In this document: in pieces, positions 28,829-37,891 of the stretch
How positions within the stretch are numbered: the stretch's first letter is position 1
How the letters are laid out: each line of letters begins with the position of its first letter
DNA from: Spirochaetia bacterium
GTDB taxonomy: Bacteria; Spirochaetota; Spirochaetia; SZUA-6; Bin103
NCBI GenBank assembly: GCA_965199955.1
Contig: CBDATQ010000003.1
Location: 64,001-128,000 of the forward strand
Length of the DNA: 64,000 bases
Direction: 5' to 3'
Program-made: the position numbers and the translations under genes
Notes under the pieces: generated by a model
The model's database searches: none
Told to the model about the DNA's origin: nothing
Seen by the model: only the letters and a program-made list of their open reading frames with translations

Positions 28829-30259
28829 CTATACTCGCCCGCAGATCTGAAAGGCGTACAGGCTGGCCTCGCTCAGGTAGAACTTCAGGCGGATCGTCCG
28901 GCCGCGCAGGGCCGAGAGGCCGCCGCCGTTCCACCTCACCGAATGCGCCAGCGCGTCACCCGAGAACGCGGCGCACTCGCCGCGGCCGAAGCCGTCGACC
29001 ACCTCACCGCGTTCGGTGAGCACCTCGACCTGGATCCGGCCGTTTGCGGCGCAGGCGTTGATCTGCAGCTCGTCCCCCTCGCATGCGAACGCCCGCGTCA
29101 CCAGCGCTCCCTCGCCCTGCCGTACCGGCGTGCGCGCGATGAACCGGTCGCGCTTGAGCGTCGCCAGCCCCACCGCGCTCTCCTGCGCGCCCGTGTCGTT
29201 GTGCAGGACGTTGTGGCCGGTGTAGTAGAACCACAGCTCGTCGCCGACGGTGACGGGCGGCAGCGGAAAGAGCATGCCGCAGTCGAACTCCCGCGCCTGG
29301 CCGTGCTCGATGCCGCGCTCGATGAAGGTCTGCCGCGTCGGCAGCCGGTCCCAGCGCTTCCCGTCGCGGCTGAAGGCGAGCTGCGAATCGATGGCCATGG
29401 AGGTGTCCGAGTAGTACATCTGCAGCAGCCCCAAGTAGAGGCCCTCGTACGGAAAGACCGGCATGCCGTACACCTCGACCGGGTCCAGCTCGTCCGGGGT
29501 GACCACCGTCTCGGGAAATCCCCAGCTCAGCAGGTCCGGGCTCTCCGAACGCGCGACCCGCCGCTTCCAGCGCCCGGCGTACACCGGCGGCCGCATGTAC
29601 AGGACATAGCGCTCGAGCCGCTCGTCCCGGAACACGGTGTTCATGGTGTCGGACTCGCCGTCGATCACGGGGTTGTCCGGGTGCGGCGTCCAGCGGATGC
29701 CGTCCGGCGAGTAGGCGATGCACACGCCAGCACGCAGCTCGCCCGCTCTGTGCTGCGCGACCAGCTTCTCCGGCGCCTTGACCCCGAAGATGTCCGTGTA
29801 GAGAAGCTTGTAGCGACGCGCCGGATCGGGTTCGTGATCCTCCTTCAGCACGGTCCCGCAGGTGGCCCACCACTCGCCGGTCAGGACCACGTTGTTGGCC
29901 GTCGATCCGTCGTACTCGAACCTGCCCACGTTCGGCTTCTCCCACACGATGCCGTCCCGCGATGTGGCGTAGCCGATCCAGTAGGTGTAGGTGCAGTCCT
30001 CGGGGCTGTTCCAGTGGACGAAGTGCGAGGAGTTGTACCAGAGCTTGAACAGCCCCTCGTCGCGGTCGTACATCACGGAGTTGCCGTGCAGCCCCTTGTT
30101 GCTCTGTCCCGGCTGCCGGCTGTGCTCCCACGGCTGGTCGGCAACCAGCAGCGGGTTGGCGTGGTGCTTGGCCGGCCGGGTGACCACCCGCTTCAGGTTC
30201 CACGTATCCTCGACCACGAAATCGTCGACCAGAAGCTGCTTGCGCGTGCCGATGTCCAT
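28829..30259 (-). CDS. Beta-propeller glycoside hydrolase-like protein (GH32/43/130-like fold)
   Basis: KQLLVDD, YATSRDGIVWEKP, YSPDGIRW, FSRDGKRW Asp-box-like repeats, ELWFYYTG. Confidence 0.75.
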   Translation of the reverse strand: MDIGTRKQLLVDDFVVEDTWNLKRVVTRPAKHHANPLLVADQPWEHSRQPGQSNKGLHGNSVMYDRDEGLFKLWYNSSHFVHWNSPEDCTYTYWIGYATSRDGIVWEKPNVGRFEYDGSTANNVVLTGEWWATCGTVLKEDHEPDPARRYKLLYTDIFGVKAPEKLVAQHRAGELRAGVCIAYSPDGIRWTPHPDNPVIDGESDTMNTVFRDERLERYVLYMRPPVYAGRWKRRVARSESPDLLSWGFPETVVTPDELDPVEVYGMPVFPYEGLYLGLLQMYYSDTSMAIDSQLAFSRDGKRWDRLPTRQTFIERGIEHGQAREFDCGMLFPLPPVTVGDELWFYYTGHNVLHNDTGAQESAVGLATLKRDRFIARTPVRQGEGALVTRAFACEGDELQINACAANGRIQVEVLTERGEVVDGFGRGECAAFSGDALAHSVRWNGGGLSALRGRTIRLKFYLSEASLYAFQICGRV

Positions 30260-30305
30260 GAACGGGGACTGTAGGAGCCCGCCCACGCACCGGCAAGCGT
30301 CGCCG

Positions 30306-30668
30306 TCAGCCGGCCGCGCCGGTCTGCAGGATCTCGACGCGGTTGCCGAATGGATCGTCGGTGAAGAAGCGCGTGCTTCCGGGGAGGGCTGAGTCCCAGC
30401 GCACCGCGAAACCCGCCTCCCGCAGCCGTTCCGCAACCGCGGCCGCATCCCGGACGCGAAACGCGGGGTGCGCCTTCGTCGCGGGCGAGAAGTCCTCCGC
30501 TACCCCCAGATGGAGTTGCAGGTCGCCGATCGCGTACCAGACGCCCCCGCGCGCGGCCAGCGGAGCCGGCTTGGCAATCTCCGGCAGCCCCAGCGCCGCG
30601 CCGTAGAACGCTCGCGCGGCACCTTCCCGGCCCGCGGGCATCGCTACCTGCACGTGGTCGAGCAGCAC
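30306..30668 (-). CDS. VOC/glyoxalase family protein
   Basis: LDHVQV, ARAFYG..LGL, QLHLG, HPAFRV, DPFGNRVE. Start uncertain. Confidence 0.85.
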   Translation of the reverse strand: MLLDHVQVAMPAGREGAARAFYGAALGLPEIAKPAPLAARGGVWYAIGDLQLHLGVAEDFSPATKAHPAFRVRDAAAVAERLREAGFAVRWDSALPGSTRFFTDDPFGNRVEILQTGAAG

Positions 30669-30720
30669 AGCGGATACTGTCTCACACCTCCCAGGCACGG
30701 AAGAAGCAGGGGCCTGCAGG

Positions 30721-32052
30721 TCAGACAATCCGCGTCCGTGACCGGTCGGCCGGAGAGCGGGCCATGGCATCGGTGATCCGCGCTCCTGCGGGCGCGTCCA
30801 CGCTGCCGGCGAGCAACGGGTCGCCGGTGGCTTCCATCCACCGATCGAGACGGCGGCGCAGGTCGTCCGCGACCCGTCGCGCGTCGCGGTGCGCGACGAT
30901 GTTGTTCTGTTCGGTGGGGTCGAACATCAGGTCGTAGAGCATTTCGCGCTCGCGCGGAAGAGCGTCCCATCCGTGGGAGATCATCTCCTCCTTGCTCGGG
31001 CCGTCATCGGCGTTGCTCAGCACTTCGCGGCCGTATTCGTCGTAGCGGCGGATGTACTTGTAACGCGCGGTGCGCACGCAGCGCGCCGGCTCGTACGCCG
31101 CGTGGTAGTTGATCTCGGCGTGGATCTCGGCGTGCAGGGTGTCGACCTCGCCGCGGACCAGCGGCTGCAGCGGCGTGCCCTCCACGACGTCCGGGATGTC
31201 GATGCCCGCCGCCGCGTACGCAGTCGGCACCAGGTCGATCAGACTCACCATGGCGTCGATCACCCGTCCGCCTCGGAACCCGCCGGGGCCGCGGGCGACC
31301 AGGAAAACACCGATCCCTTGGTCGGTGAGGTTGCACATGTTGCGCGGGAACTGGAGCCCGTGGTCGGTGAAGCAGATCACCAGCGTGTCGTCCGCCAGCC
31401 CGGCGTCATCCAGCGCGCGCAGCACGCGAGCGAACGCGGCGTCCATCACGCGCGCGGCCGCCTTGAAGTCCGCGGTGTCGCGGCGCGTCGCGGGCGTGTC
31501 CGGCAGCGGCGCCGGCGGGCTGCATAAGCGCTCGTCCTCCGCCGGGTGATGCGCCGGATCCGCCGGCGGGAACGGCCTGTGCGTCTCGTTCAAGCCGACC
31601 GAAATGAAGAACGGCTTGGGGTGTCTGCCGCGGATGAACGCGGCGGCCGCATCGGCGGCGTCGGCCGTTTCGGTCTCCGGGTAGTTCGTGTCGTGGTCGC
31701 AGACCACCTCGTCGTAGCCCACCACAGCGAGGTCCGGCGCGGTGTGCTCGACGCCCGAAAGGACGGTGTGGTAGCCGGCCCGCTTCATCCCCTGCACGAG
31801 GTGGCGCGAGTAGTCGGGCATGCCGAACCCGCGATGGGCCAGGCCGAGCTGGCCGCAGGAGTGGGGATACATGCCGGTCAGGAAGCTCGCCCGGCTGGGC
31901 GAGCAGGTGGGCGCGGCGGCGAACGCCTGCCGGAACAGCACCCCCTGCCCCGCCAGCCGCTGCAGGTGCGGCGTCGGCACCGCGTGCCCGTACGGCTGCA
32001 CGAAGCGGCCGGTGTTGTGCGAGTGCAGGAAGACGATGTTGGTCCGGCTCAT
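30721..32052 (-). CDS. Sulfatase (formylglycine-dependent)
   Basis: NIVFLHSH, CSPSRASFLTG (CxPxR), HRPF, FTDHG, LYDLMFDPTE. Confidence 0.93.
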   Translation of the reverse strand: MSRTNIVFLHSHNTGRFVQPYGHAVPTPHLQRLAGQGVLFRQAFAAAPTCSPSRASFLTGMYPHSCGQLGLAHRGFGMPDYSRHLVQGMKRAGYHTVLSGVEHTAPDLAVVGYDEVVCDHDTNYPETETADAADAAAAFIRGRHPKPFFISVGLNETHRPFPPADPAHHPAEDERLCSPPAPLPDTPATRRDTADFKAAARVMDAAFARVLRALDDAGLADDTLVICFTDHGLQFPRNMCNLTDQGIGVFLVARGPGGFRGGRVIDAMVSLIDLVPTAYAAAGIDIPDVVEGTPLQPLVRGEVDTLHAEIHAEINYHAAYEPARCVRTARYKYIRRYDEYGREVLSNADDGPSKEEMISHGWDALPREREMLYDLMFDPTEQNNIVAHRDARRVADDLRRRLDRWMEATGDPLLAGSVDAPAGARITDAMARSPADRSRTRIV

Positions 32053-32103
32053 GGCGTGATTGTCGGCAGACACCGGGAACAGTAGGCTAAGGCTAGGTGG
32101 CAC

Positions 32104-32301
32104 ATGAAGTACCGCGTCGTCCTGATCGAGTCTGAAGAAGGGTACGCGGTGCGTTGTCCTGCGCTGCGGGGGTGCCACTCGCAGGGAACTACGCTTGAAG
32201 AGGCGCTTGCGAATATCAAGGAAGCGATCCGTGAATGGCTGGCAGTCGAGGAGCAGCAACTCACAGAGCTCAAGGTCATCGAGACTGAAGTTGTGGTCTG
32301 A
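32104..32301 (+). CDS. hicB: HicB-family antitoxin (short form)
   Basis: YRVVLIESEEGYAVRCPALRGCHSQGTTLEEALANIKEAI. Confidence 0.9.
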   Translation: MKYRVVLIESEEGYAVRCPALRGCHSQGTTLEEALANIKEAIREWLAVEEQQLTELKVIETEVVV

Positions 32302-32452
32302 TGCCCCGCATCGCGGGAGTCCCTTACCGACAGGCCGTGCGCGTCCTCGAGAGACTCGGATTCCGCGTCATAATCCGTGAATTCCTACACGATGGGTAGC
32401 GATCGCGCGCGATGTGGGTTTGACCCCGGACGAGTTTCGCAAGCTGTTGTAG
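32301..32452 (+). pseudogene. hicA: HicA-family toxin remnant (internal deletion plus indels)
   Basis: MPRIAGVPYRQAVRVLERLGFRV stub, then IPRHNP / NSYTMG / IARDVGLTPDEFRKLL* in shifting frames; the central His-containing hairpin is missing. Confidence 0.8.
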
Positions 32453-32587
32453 GAATACCCGAAACTTACTGATCTCTAAGCTCCTTCGCTCCTTCGGTAC
32501 CCTTGGTGCATTCAGCGACGCGACCGAAGCGTTCGCGCGCGGAATAGCGCATCGCCATGTGGCGACGTTCGGCATAATACAACGGGC

Positions 32588-35500
32588 ATGCGAGAATTCC
32601 GGAAACCCGAGCTGAGCTGGACGGCACGTGAGGAGCGGAGCGGCCGACGCCCCGGCGGGGCCGCGTCGCGGGATGGCGACCTCTTCAGGCCGCCCTGCGT
32701 GTCCCTGGATCTCGAGGTCGGAAGGGACGACGGGATCCATGCCATCGGCGCAATACGGGCGGATACCGGCCGCCGGCTGACGCATTCGGGCGGCGGCCTG
32801 GCCGCCTTGCTTTCGAGGCTGGACGATTTCGCCGAGGGCGCGTCCTTCCTGCTGGGACACAACCTGATCGCCTTTGACCTGCCCCACCTGGCGGCGGCGA
32901 AACCGGCCCTCCGGCTTCTGAAGCTCCCGGCCGTCGACACGCTGCGTCTCAGCCCGCTCGCCTTCCCCCGCAACCCCTATCACAGTCTCGTCAAGCACTA
33001 CGTCGACGGCGGTCTGAAACGCGGCCGGGTGAACGATCCCGAGCTCGACTCCCGCATTGCGCTGAAGCTCTATGGCGACGAGTGCGACGCGCTGGCGAAG
33101 GCCGCACCGGACCTGCTTGCCGCATGGCACTGGCTGTGCACCCCCGAGCCTCGAGGCATGGACAGCGCCCTGGACGGGCTCTTCTGCCAGCTTCGAGGGC
33201 GATACCGGCCGTCGCAGACGGAGGCCGGGGCGGCGATCGGACGGCGGCTGGAGAACGCCGCCTGCGCGACCTGGGCACGCGATGTCGTTGCGGATGCGGA
33301 CCAACTCGGCTGGCCGCTGGCCCATGCCCTGGCATGGCTATCCGTGGCCGGCGGCAACTCGGTGATGCCGCCCTGGGTCCGCCACCAGTTTCCGCAAGCG
33401 GGGCGACTGGTGCGCCGCCTCCGGGACACCGCGTGCGCCGATCCGGCGTGCGGCTGGTGCCGGGAGCGCCATGACGCGGGCAGGGAGCTGAAACGCTGGT
33501 TCGGCTATGACGGTTTTCGTCCCGAACCGGCGGATGCCGACGGCCGGCCCATGCAGCAGGCCATCGTCGAGGAGGCGATGGCGGGACGACATGTTCTGGG
33601 CATCTTGCCCACCGGGACGGGGAAGTCGCTCTGCTACCAGATCCCCGCGCTGTCGCGCTACCACAAGACCGGCGCGTTGACGGTCGTGATATCGCCCCTG
33701 GTCGCACTGATGGCGGACCAGGTGGCCGGCCTGGAGCAGCGCGGCATCGGCTGCTGCGTGACCGTCAACGGGCTGCTGTCGATGCCGGAGCGAAGCGACG
33801 CCCTGGACCGGATCCGGCTGGGAGACGCCGGCATCCTGCTGATCTCGCCGGAGCAACTGCGCTCGCGCTCCCTGCGGCGGGTCCTGGGCCAGCGCGAGAT
33901 CGGCGCCTGGGTGCTGGACGAGGCGCACTGCCTGTCGCGCTGGGGCCACGACTTCCGGCCCGACTACCGCTACGTGGGGCGCTTCATCCGCGAGAAAGCG
34001 GGTGACGGACCGATACCTCCGATTCTGTGCCTGACCGCGACCGCCAAACCCGATGTCGTCGGGGACATCGCTCGACACTTTCGGAACGAACTCGACATCG
34101 AGCTGGCCGTGTTCGACGGCGGCGCCGAACGCGCCAATCTGGCCTTCGAGGTGATCCCGACCACGGGAGGAGAGAAGTTCCCGGACATCCTGCAGGTCCT
34201 GACGTTCCATCTGCCGCCCGACGCGCCGGGTGGCGCGATCGTCTACTGCGCGACGCGGCAGCAGAGCGAGGACGTCGCGGAGTACCTCAAGTTGAAGAGG
34301 GTCGCCGCGGACCGGTTCCACGCGGGCCTGCCTCCGGAGACGAAGAAGGAGGTGCAGCGGCGCTTCATCGCCGGCGAGTTGCGCGCGATCGTGGCCACCA
34401 ACGCCTTCGGGATGGGGATCGACAAGCCGGACGTGCGGCTGGTCGTCCACGCCGACATACCGGGCTCGCTGGAGAATTATCTGCAGGAAGCCGGCCGCGC
34501 CGGGCGAGACCGCGACCCGGCTCGCTGCGTTCTTCTCTATGCGCCGGACGACGTCGAGGGCCAGTTCGACATGTCGGCGCGCTCGCGCCTCACCCGCGCG
34601 GAGATCCACGGGATCCTGCGAGCCCTGCGCAATCTCGACCGAAAGAAGCGCTTCGACGGAGAGGTGGTGGCGACCGCCGGCGAGATCCTGGGCGAGGACG
34701 ATGAGAAGGTATTCGAACGCGACTCCGCGACCGACGACACCCGCGTGCGCACCGCCGTCGCCTGGCTGGAGGAATCGCAACTCCTCACCCGCGAGGAGAA
34801 TGTCGTGCACGTGTTCCCGTCCTCGCTCCGGGTGAGCACTGTCGACGAGGCCGAACGGCGGCTCGCCGACGCAACGATCGCGACTGCGTATCGCAGGCAG
34901 CTCCTGCTGATCGCGCAAGCTCTGATCGGCGCGGACGCCGACGAGGGGGTGAGCACGGACGAGCTGATGGAGCTCTCGGGCCTGAGTCCGGAACGCGTGC
35001 GCGGCGCCCTGTACGACCTGGAGCGGTTCGGCATCGCCAGCAACGACACGGCGCTGACCGCGTTCATCCACACCGGCGTGGACCGCTCGTCGCGGAAACG
35101 CCTCGAAGAGGCGGCTGCGCTGGAGACCGCTCTCATCGAACACATGCAGGAGGCCGCTCCCGACCTCGGCAAGGGCGACAGTTCGTCACTCCATCTGCGT
35201 ATCGCCGCCCAGGTGCTGAGGGACCAGGGTCTGGCCGATCCGCTGCCGGAACGGTTGTTCCGGATCGTCCGGGGCATCGCCTTCGACGGCAGGGGCGAGG
35301 ACGACGGCGCGGCGGGCAGCCTCACGGTCCGCAAGCGGGACGCGGAGACCGCACGGGTCACGCTGCATCGCGAATGGGGTACGCTGCAAAAGATCGCCGG
35401 CATACGCCGCGACGCGGCCGGCCGCCTGCTCGAACATCTGCTCGACTGCCTGCCATCCGGAGTCCGCGGCACCGATCTCCTGGCAGAGACCACGCTCGGG

Positions 35501-37792
35501 AAGCTCCTGCAGGCGATCGAGTCGGACCTGATGCTGAAGAGCATGGTGAGGAACCCGGCCAAGCTGCTGGACCGCGCCCTGCTCTGGCTCCACGAGCTGG
35601 AGGTGATCCGCCTCAACAAGGGGCTGGCGGTGTTCCGCCCGGCCATGACGATCCGGCTGGAGCAGCGGAAACGGCGCGGATTCTCCAGGGCGGACTTCGA
35701 GCCCCTTGCGCTGCACTACAAGGGACAGGTGCTGCAGATCCACGTCATGGTGGAGTTCGCCGAGCGTGGTCTCGCGGCCATGAGCGAGGCGCTGCGCCTG
35801 GCGATGGACTACTTCGCACTCACGGAGGAGGGGTTTCTCGCCCGCTGGCTGCCTGGTCGGGACCGGGAGATCGGCCGGCAGACGACGCCCGCGTCCTGGC
35901 GCGCCATCGTCGAGAGCCTGGGGAACACGCTGCAGCAGCACATCGTGGCCGACGAGCGGGAACGGACCAACGTGCTGGTCCTCGCAGGCCCCGGTTCGGG
36001 CAAGACCCGCGTGCTGGTGCACCGCATCGCCTGGCTGATCCGCGTCAGACGGGAAAACGCCCGCGGCATCCTTGCGCTCGCCTACAACCGTCACGCGGCC
36101 GGCGACATCCGCCGCCGGCTGACGGAGATGATCGGCGAAGACGCGCGCGGCGTGACGGTGCTCACCTGCCACGCGCTTGCCATGCGCCTGGCGGGAGCGA
36201 GCTTCACCGGCCGGTCGGAGCGCCCCGACGACGCGACGTTCAGGGACGTGATGCGCCGTGCCGTCGCGCTGCTCCGCGGCCAGGAGCTGTCGCCGGAGGA
36301 GGCGGACGAGCGCCGCGTGCGCCTGCTCGCGGGCTTCCGGTGGATTCTCGTCGACGAGTACCAGGATGTCGCTCTGGAGCAGTACGAGCTGATATCGGCG
36401 CTGGCCGGCCGGACGCTGGAAGACGACGCGGGCAAGCTCACCCTGTTCGCCGTCGGCGACGACGACCAGAACATCTATGCCTTCAACGGAGCGTCGGTGG
36501 AGTTCATCCGGCGCTTCGAGGCCGACTACGGGCCGAAGCCCATCTACCTGACCGCCAACTATCGTTCGACGGCCCACATCGTGGCGGCGGCCAATGCGGT
36601 GATCGAGCCTGCGCGGAACCGCATGAAGGCGGGGCATCCCATCCGGGTCGACCGCGTGCGAGAGAGCGACCCGCCGGGCGGAGCGTGGGAGGCGCTGGAC
36701 CCGGTTTCGCGCGGGCGGGTGCAGACTCTCCCGGCAGGAGGCGATCCGGTCGGCCAGGCGCGTGCCGTCATGGCGGAGTTGCTGCGTCTCTCGGAGCTTG
36801 CGCAGGAATGGGACTGGTCGCGGTGCGCGGTCATCGCGCGCCAGTGGGAGTATCTGGTTCCGGTGCGGGCGTTCTGCGAGGCGCATGACCTCCCCGTCCA
36901 GATGGCGAACGAAGAGATCCCGAATTTCTGGCGCCTGCGGGAAACTCGGGCGTTCGTCGAGTGGCTGCGAGGACGTGAAACGCGGATTGTCGACGGCGCG
37001 TCCCTGCGCGGGTGGGCCGACGCGAGGCCCTCCGATCCCTGGCACGATCTGCTGCGGCAGGCGGTGGAGGAACATGCGCTGGAAACCGGCGACGGAGAGA
37101 CACCGGTGGACCATTTCATCGAGTGGCTGGCCGAGTGGGGCCGGGACATACGCCGCCGCGAGCGGGGACTGCTGCTGCTCACCGCCCATCGCGCCAAGGG
37201 GCTGGAGTTCGATCATGTGGCGGTCCTGGACGGCGGCTGGGACCGCGTGGGCCGTAACGAGGATCCCGACGCGCCGCGCCGGCTCTACTACGTGGCGATG
37301 ACGCGGGCACGGCAGACGCTGACGCTGGCGAGGCTCGACGGCTCCCGGAGCTTCCTTGCCGAACTGGCTGACCATCCCGCCACGATTCGTCGCGAGGCTG
37401 CAGAGCTTCCCCCGTGCCCGAAGACGGTGGAGCATCGCCATGTCCGACCCACCCTTCAGGAGGTCGATCTGGGGTTCGCCGGACGGCGCCGTGCCGGCGA
37501 TCCCGTGCACGGCGCCATCACAGCCCTGTCGATCGGCGATCCCCTGGACGTGCGGGTCGGAACGGACGGGCGTTGGACGCTGCTGGACCGGGCCGGCCGG
37601 ACCGTGGGGCGCCTCGCCGGGTCGTTCAGGCCGCCGTCCGGGTCACGGTGCCGGTCGGCGGCAATGTTCGCGGTCGTGGGCTGGAGCCGGGAGGCGTCGG
37701 ACCCGAAGTACCGCGCCGCCATCAGATGCGATGCCTGGGAGGTGGTCATGCCCGAACTGGTGTTCGAGCCGACAGGTGAGCGACCTCGGTGA
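32588..37792 (+). CDS. Multidomain DEDD-type exonuclease + RecQ (SF2) helicase + UvrD (SF1) helicase
   Basis: DLE / GHNLIAFD / DPELD exonuclease-like motifs; RecQ LPTGTGKSLCYQ, DEAHCLSRWGHDFRPDY, ATNAFGMGIDK, QEAGRAGRD; UvrD AGPGSGKT, VDEYQD, VGDDDQNIY, NYRS, TAHRAKGLEF, YVAMTRAR. Confidence 0.92.
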   Translation: MREFRKPELSWTAREERSGRRPGGAASRDGDLFRPPCVSLDLEVGRDDGIHAIGAIRADTGRRLTHSGGGLAALLSRLDDFAEGASFLLGHNLIAFDLPHLAAAKPALRLLKLPAVDTLRLSPLAFPRNPYHSLVKHYVDGGLKRGRVNDPELDSRIALKLYGDECDALAKAAPDLLAAWHWLCTPEPRGMDSALDGLFCQLRGRYRPSQTEAGAAIGRRLENAACATWARDVVADADQLGWPLAHALAWLSVAGGNSVMPPWVRHQFPQAGRLVRRLRDTACADPACGWCRERHDAGRELKRWFGYDGFRPEPADADGRPMQQAIVEEAMAGRHVLGILPTGTGKSLCYQIPALSRYHKTGALTVVISPLVALMADQVAGLEQRGIGCCVTVNGLLSMPERSDALDRIRLGDAGILLISPEQLRSRSLRRVLGQREIGAWVLDEAHCLSRWGHDFRPDYRYVGRFIREKAGDGPIPPILCLTATAKPDVVGDIARHFRNELDIELAVFDGGAERANLAFEVIPTTGGEKFPDILQVLTFHLPPDAPGGAIVYCATRQQSEDVAEYLKLKRVAADRFHAGLPPETKKEVQRRFIAGELRAIVATNAFGMGIDKPDVRLVVHADIPGSLENYLQEAGRAGRDRDPARCVLLYAPDDVEGQFDMSARSRLTRAEIHGILRALRNLDRKKRFDGEVVATAGEILGEDDEKVFERDSATDDTRVRTAVAWLEESQLLTREENVVHVFPSSLRVSTVDEAERRLADATIATAYRRQLLLIAQALIGADADEGVSTDELMELSGLSPERVRGALYDLERFGIASNDTALTAFIHTGVDRSSRKRLEEAAALETALIEHMQEAAPDLGKGDSSSLHLRIAAQVLRDQGLADPLPERLFRIVRGIAFDGRGEDDGAAGSLTVRKRDAETARVTLHREWGTLQKIAGIRRDAAGRLLEHLLDCLPSGVRGTDLLAETTLGKLLQAIESDLMLKSMVRNPAKLLDRALLWLHELEVIRLNKGLAVFRPAMTIRLEQRKRRGFSRADFEPLALHYKGQVLQIHVMVEFAERGLAAMSEALRLAMDYFALTEEGFLARWLPGRDREIGRQTTPASWRAIVESLGNTLQQHIVADERERTNVLVLAGPGSGKTRVLVHRIAWLIRVRRENARGILALAYNRHAAGDIRRRLTEMIGEDARGVTVLTCHALAMRLAGASFTGRSERPDDATFRDVMRRAVALLRGQELSPEEADERRVRLLAGFRWILVDEYQDVALEQYELISALAGRTLEDDAGKLTLFAVGDDDQNIYAFNGASVEFIRRFEADYGPKPIYLTANYRSTAHIVAAANAVIEPARNRMKAGHPIRVDRVRESDPPGGAWEALDPVSRGRVQTLPAGGDPVGQARAVMAELLRLSELAQEWDWSRCAVIARQWEYLVPVRAFCEAHDLPVQMANEEIPNFWRLRETRAFVEWLRGRETRIVDGASLRGWADARPSDPWHDLLRQAVEEHALETGDGETPVDHFIEWLAEWGRDIRRRERGLLLLTAHRAKGLEFDHVAVLDGGWDRVGRNEDPDAPRRLYYVAMTRARQTLTLARLDGSRSFLAELADHPATIRREAAELPPCPKTVEHRHVRPTLQEVDLGFAGRRRAGDPVHGAITALSIGDPLDVRVGTDGRWTLLDRAGRTVGRLAGSFRPPSGSRCRSAAMFAVVGWSREASDPKYRAAIRCDAWEVVMPELVFEPTGERPR

Positions 37793-37887
37793 TCGGCGTC
37801 ACTCCGACGGCCGCGGCGCGGTTCGAGGTGATCGCGCCCGACGGCAACAAGGCCTGGTCCAATCCGTTCGATCTGACCGCGCGCTGA
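37789..37887 (+). pseudogene. 32-codon remnant ending like a PHP/CehA-McbA-type metallohydrolase
   Basis: GTG overlaps the helicase stop; reads MIGVTPTAAARFEVIAPDGNKAWSNPFDLTAR*. RxEV..DG..AWSNP resembles a C-terminus I recall for that family. Confidence 0.45.
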
Positions 37888-37891
37888 GGGC

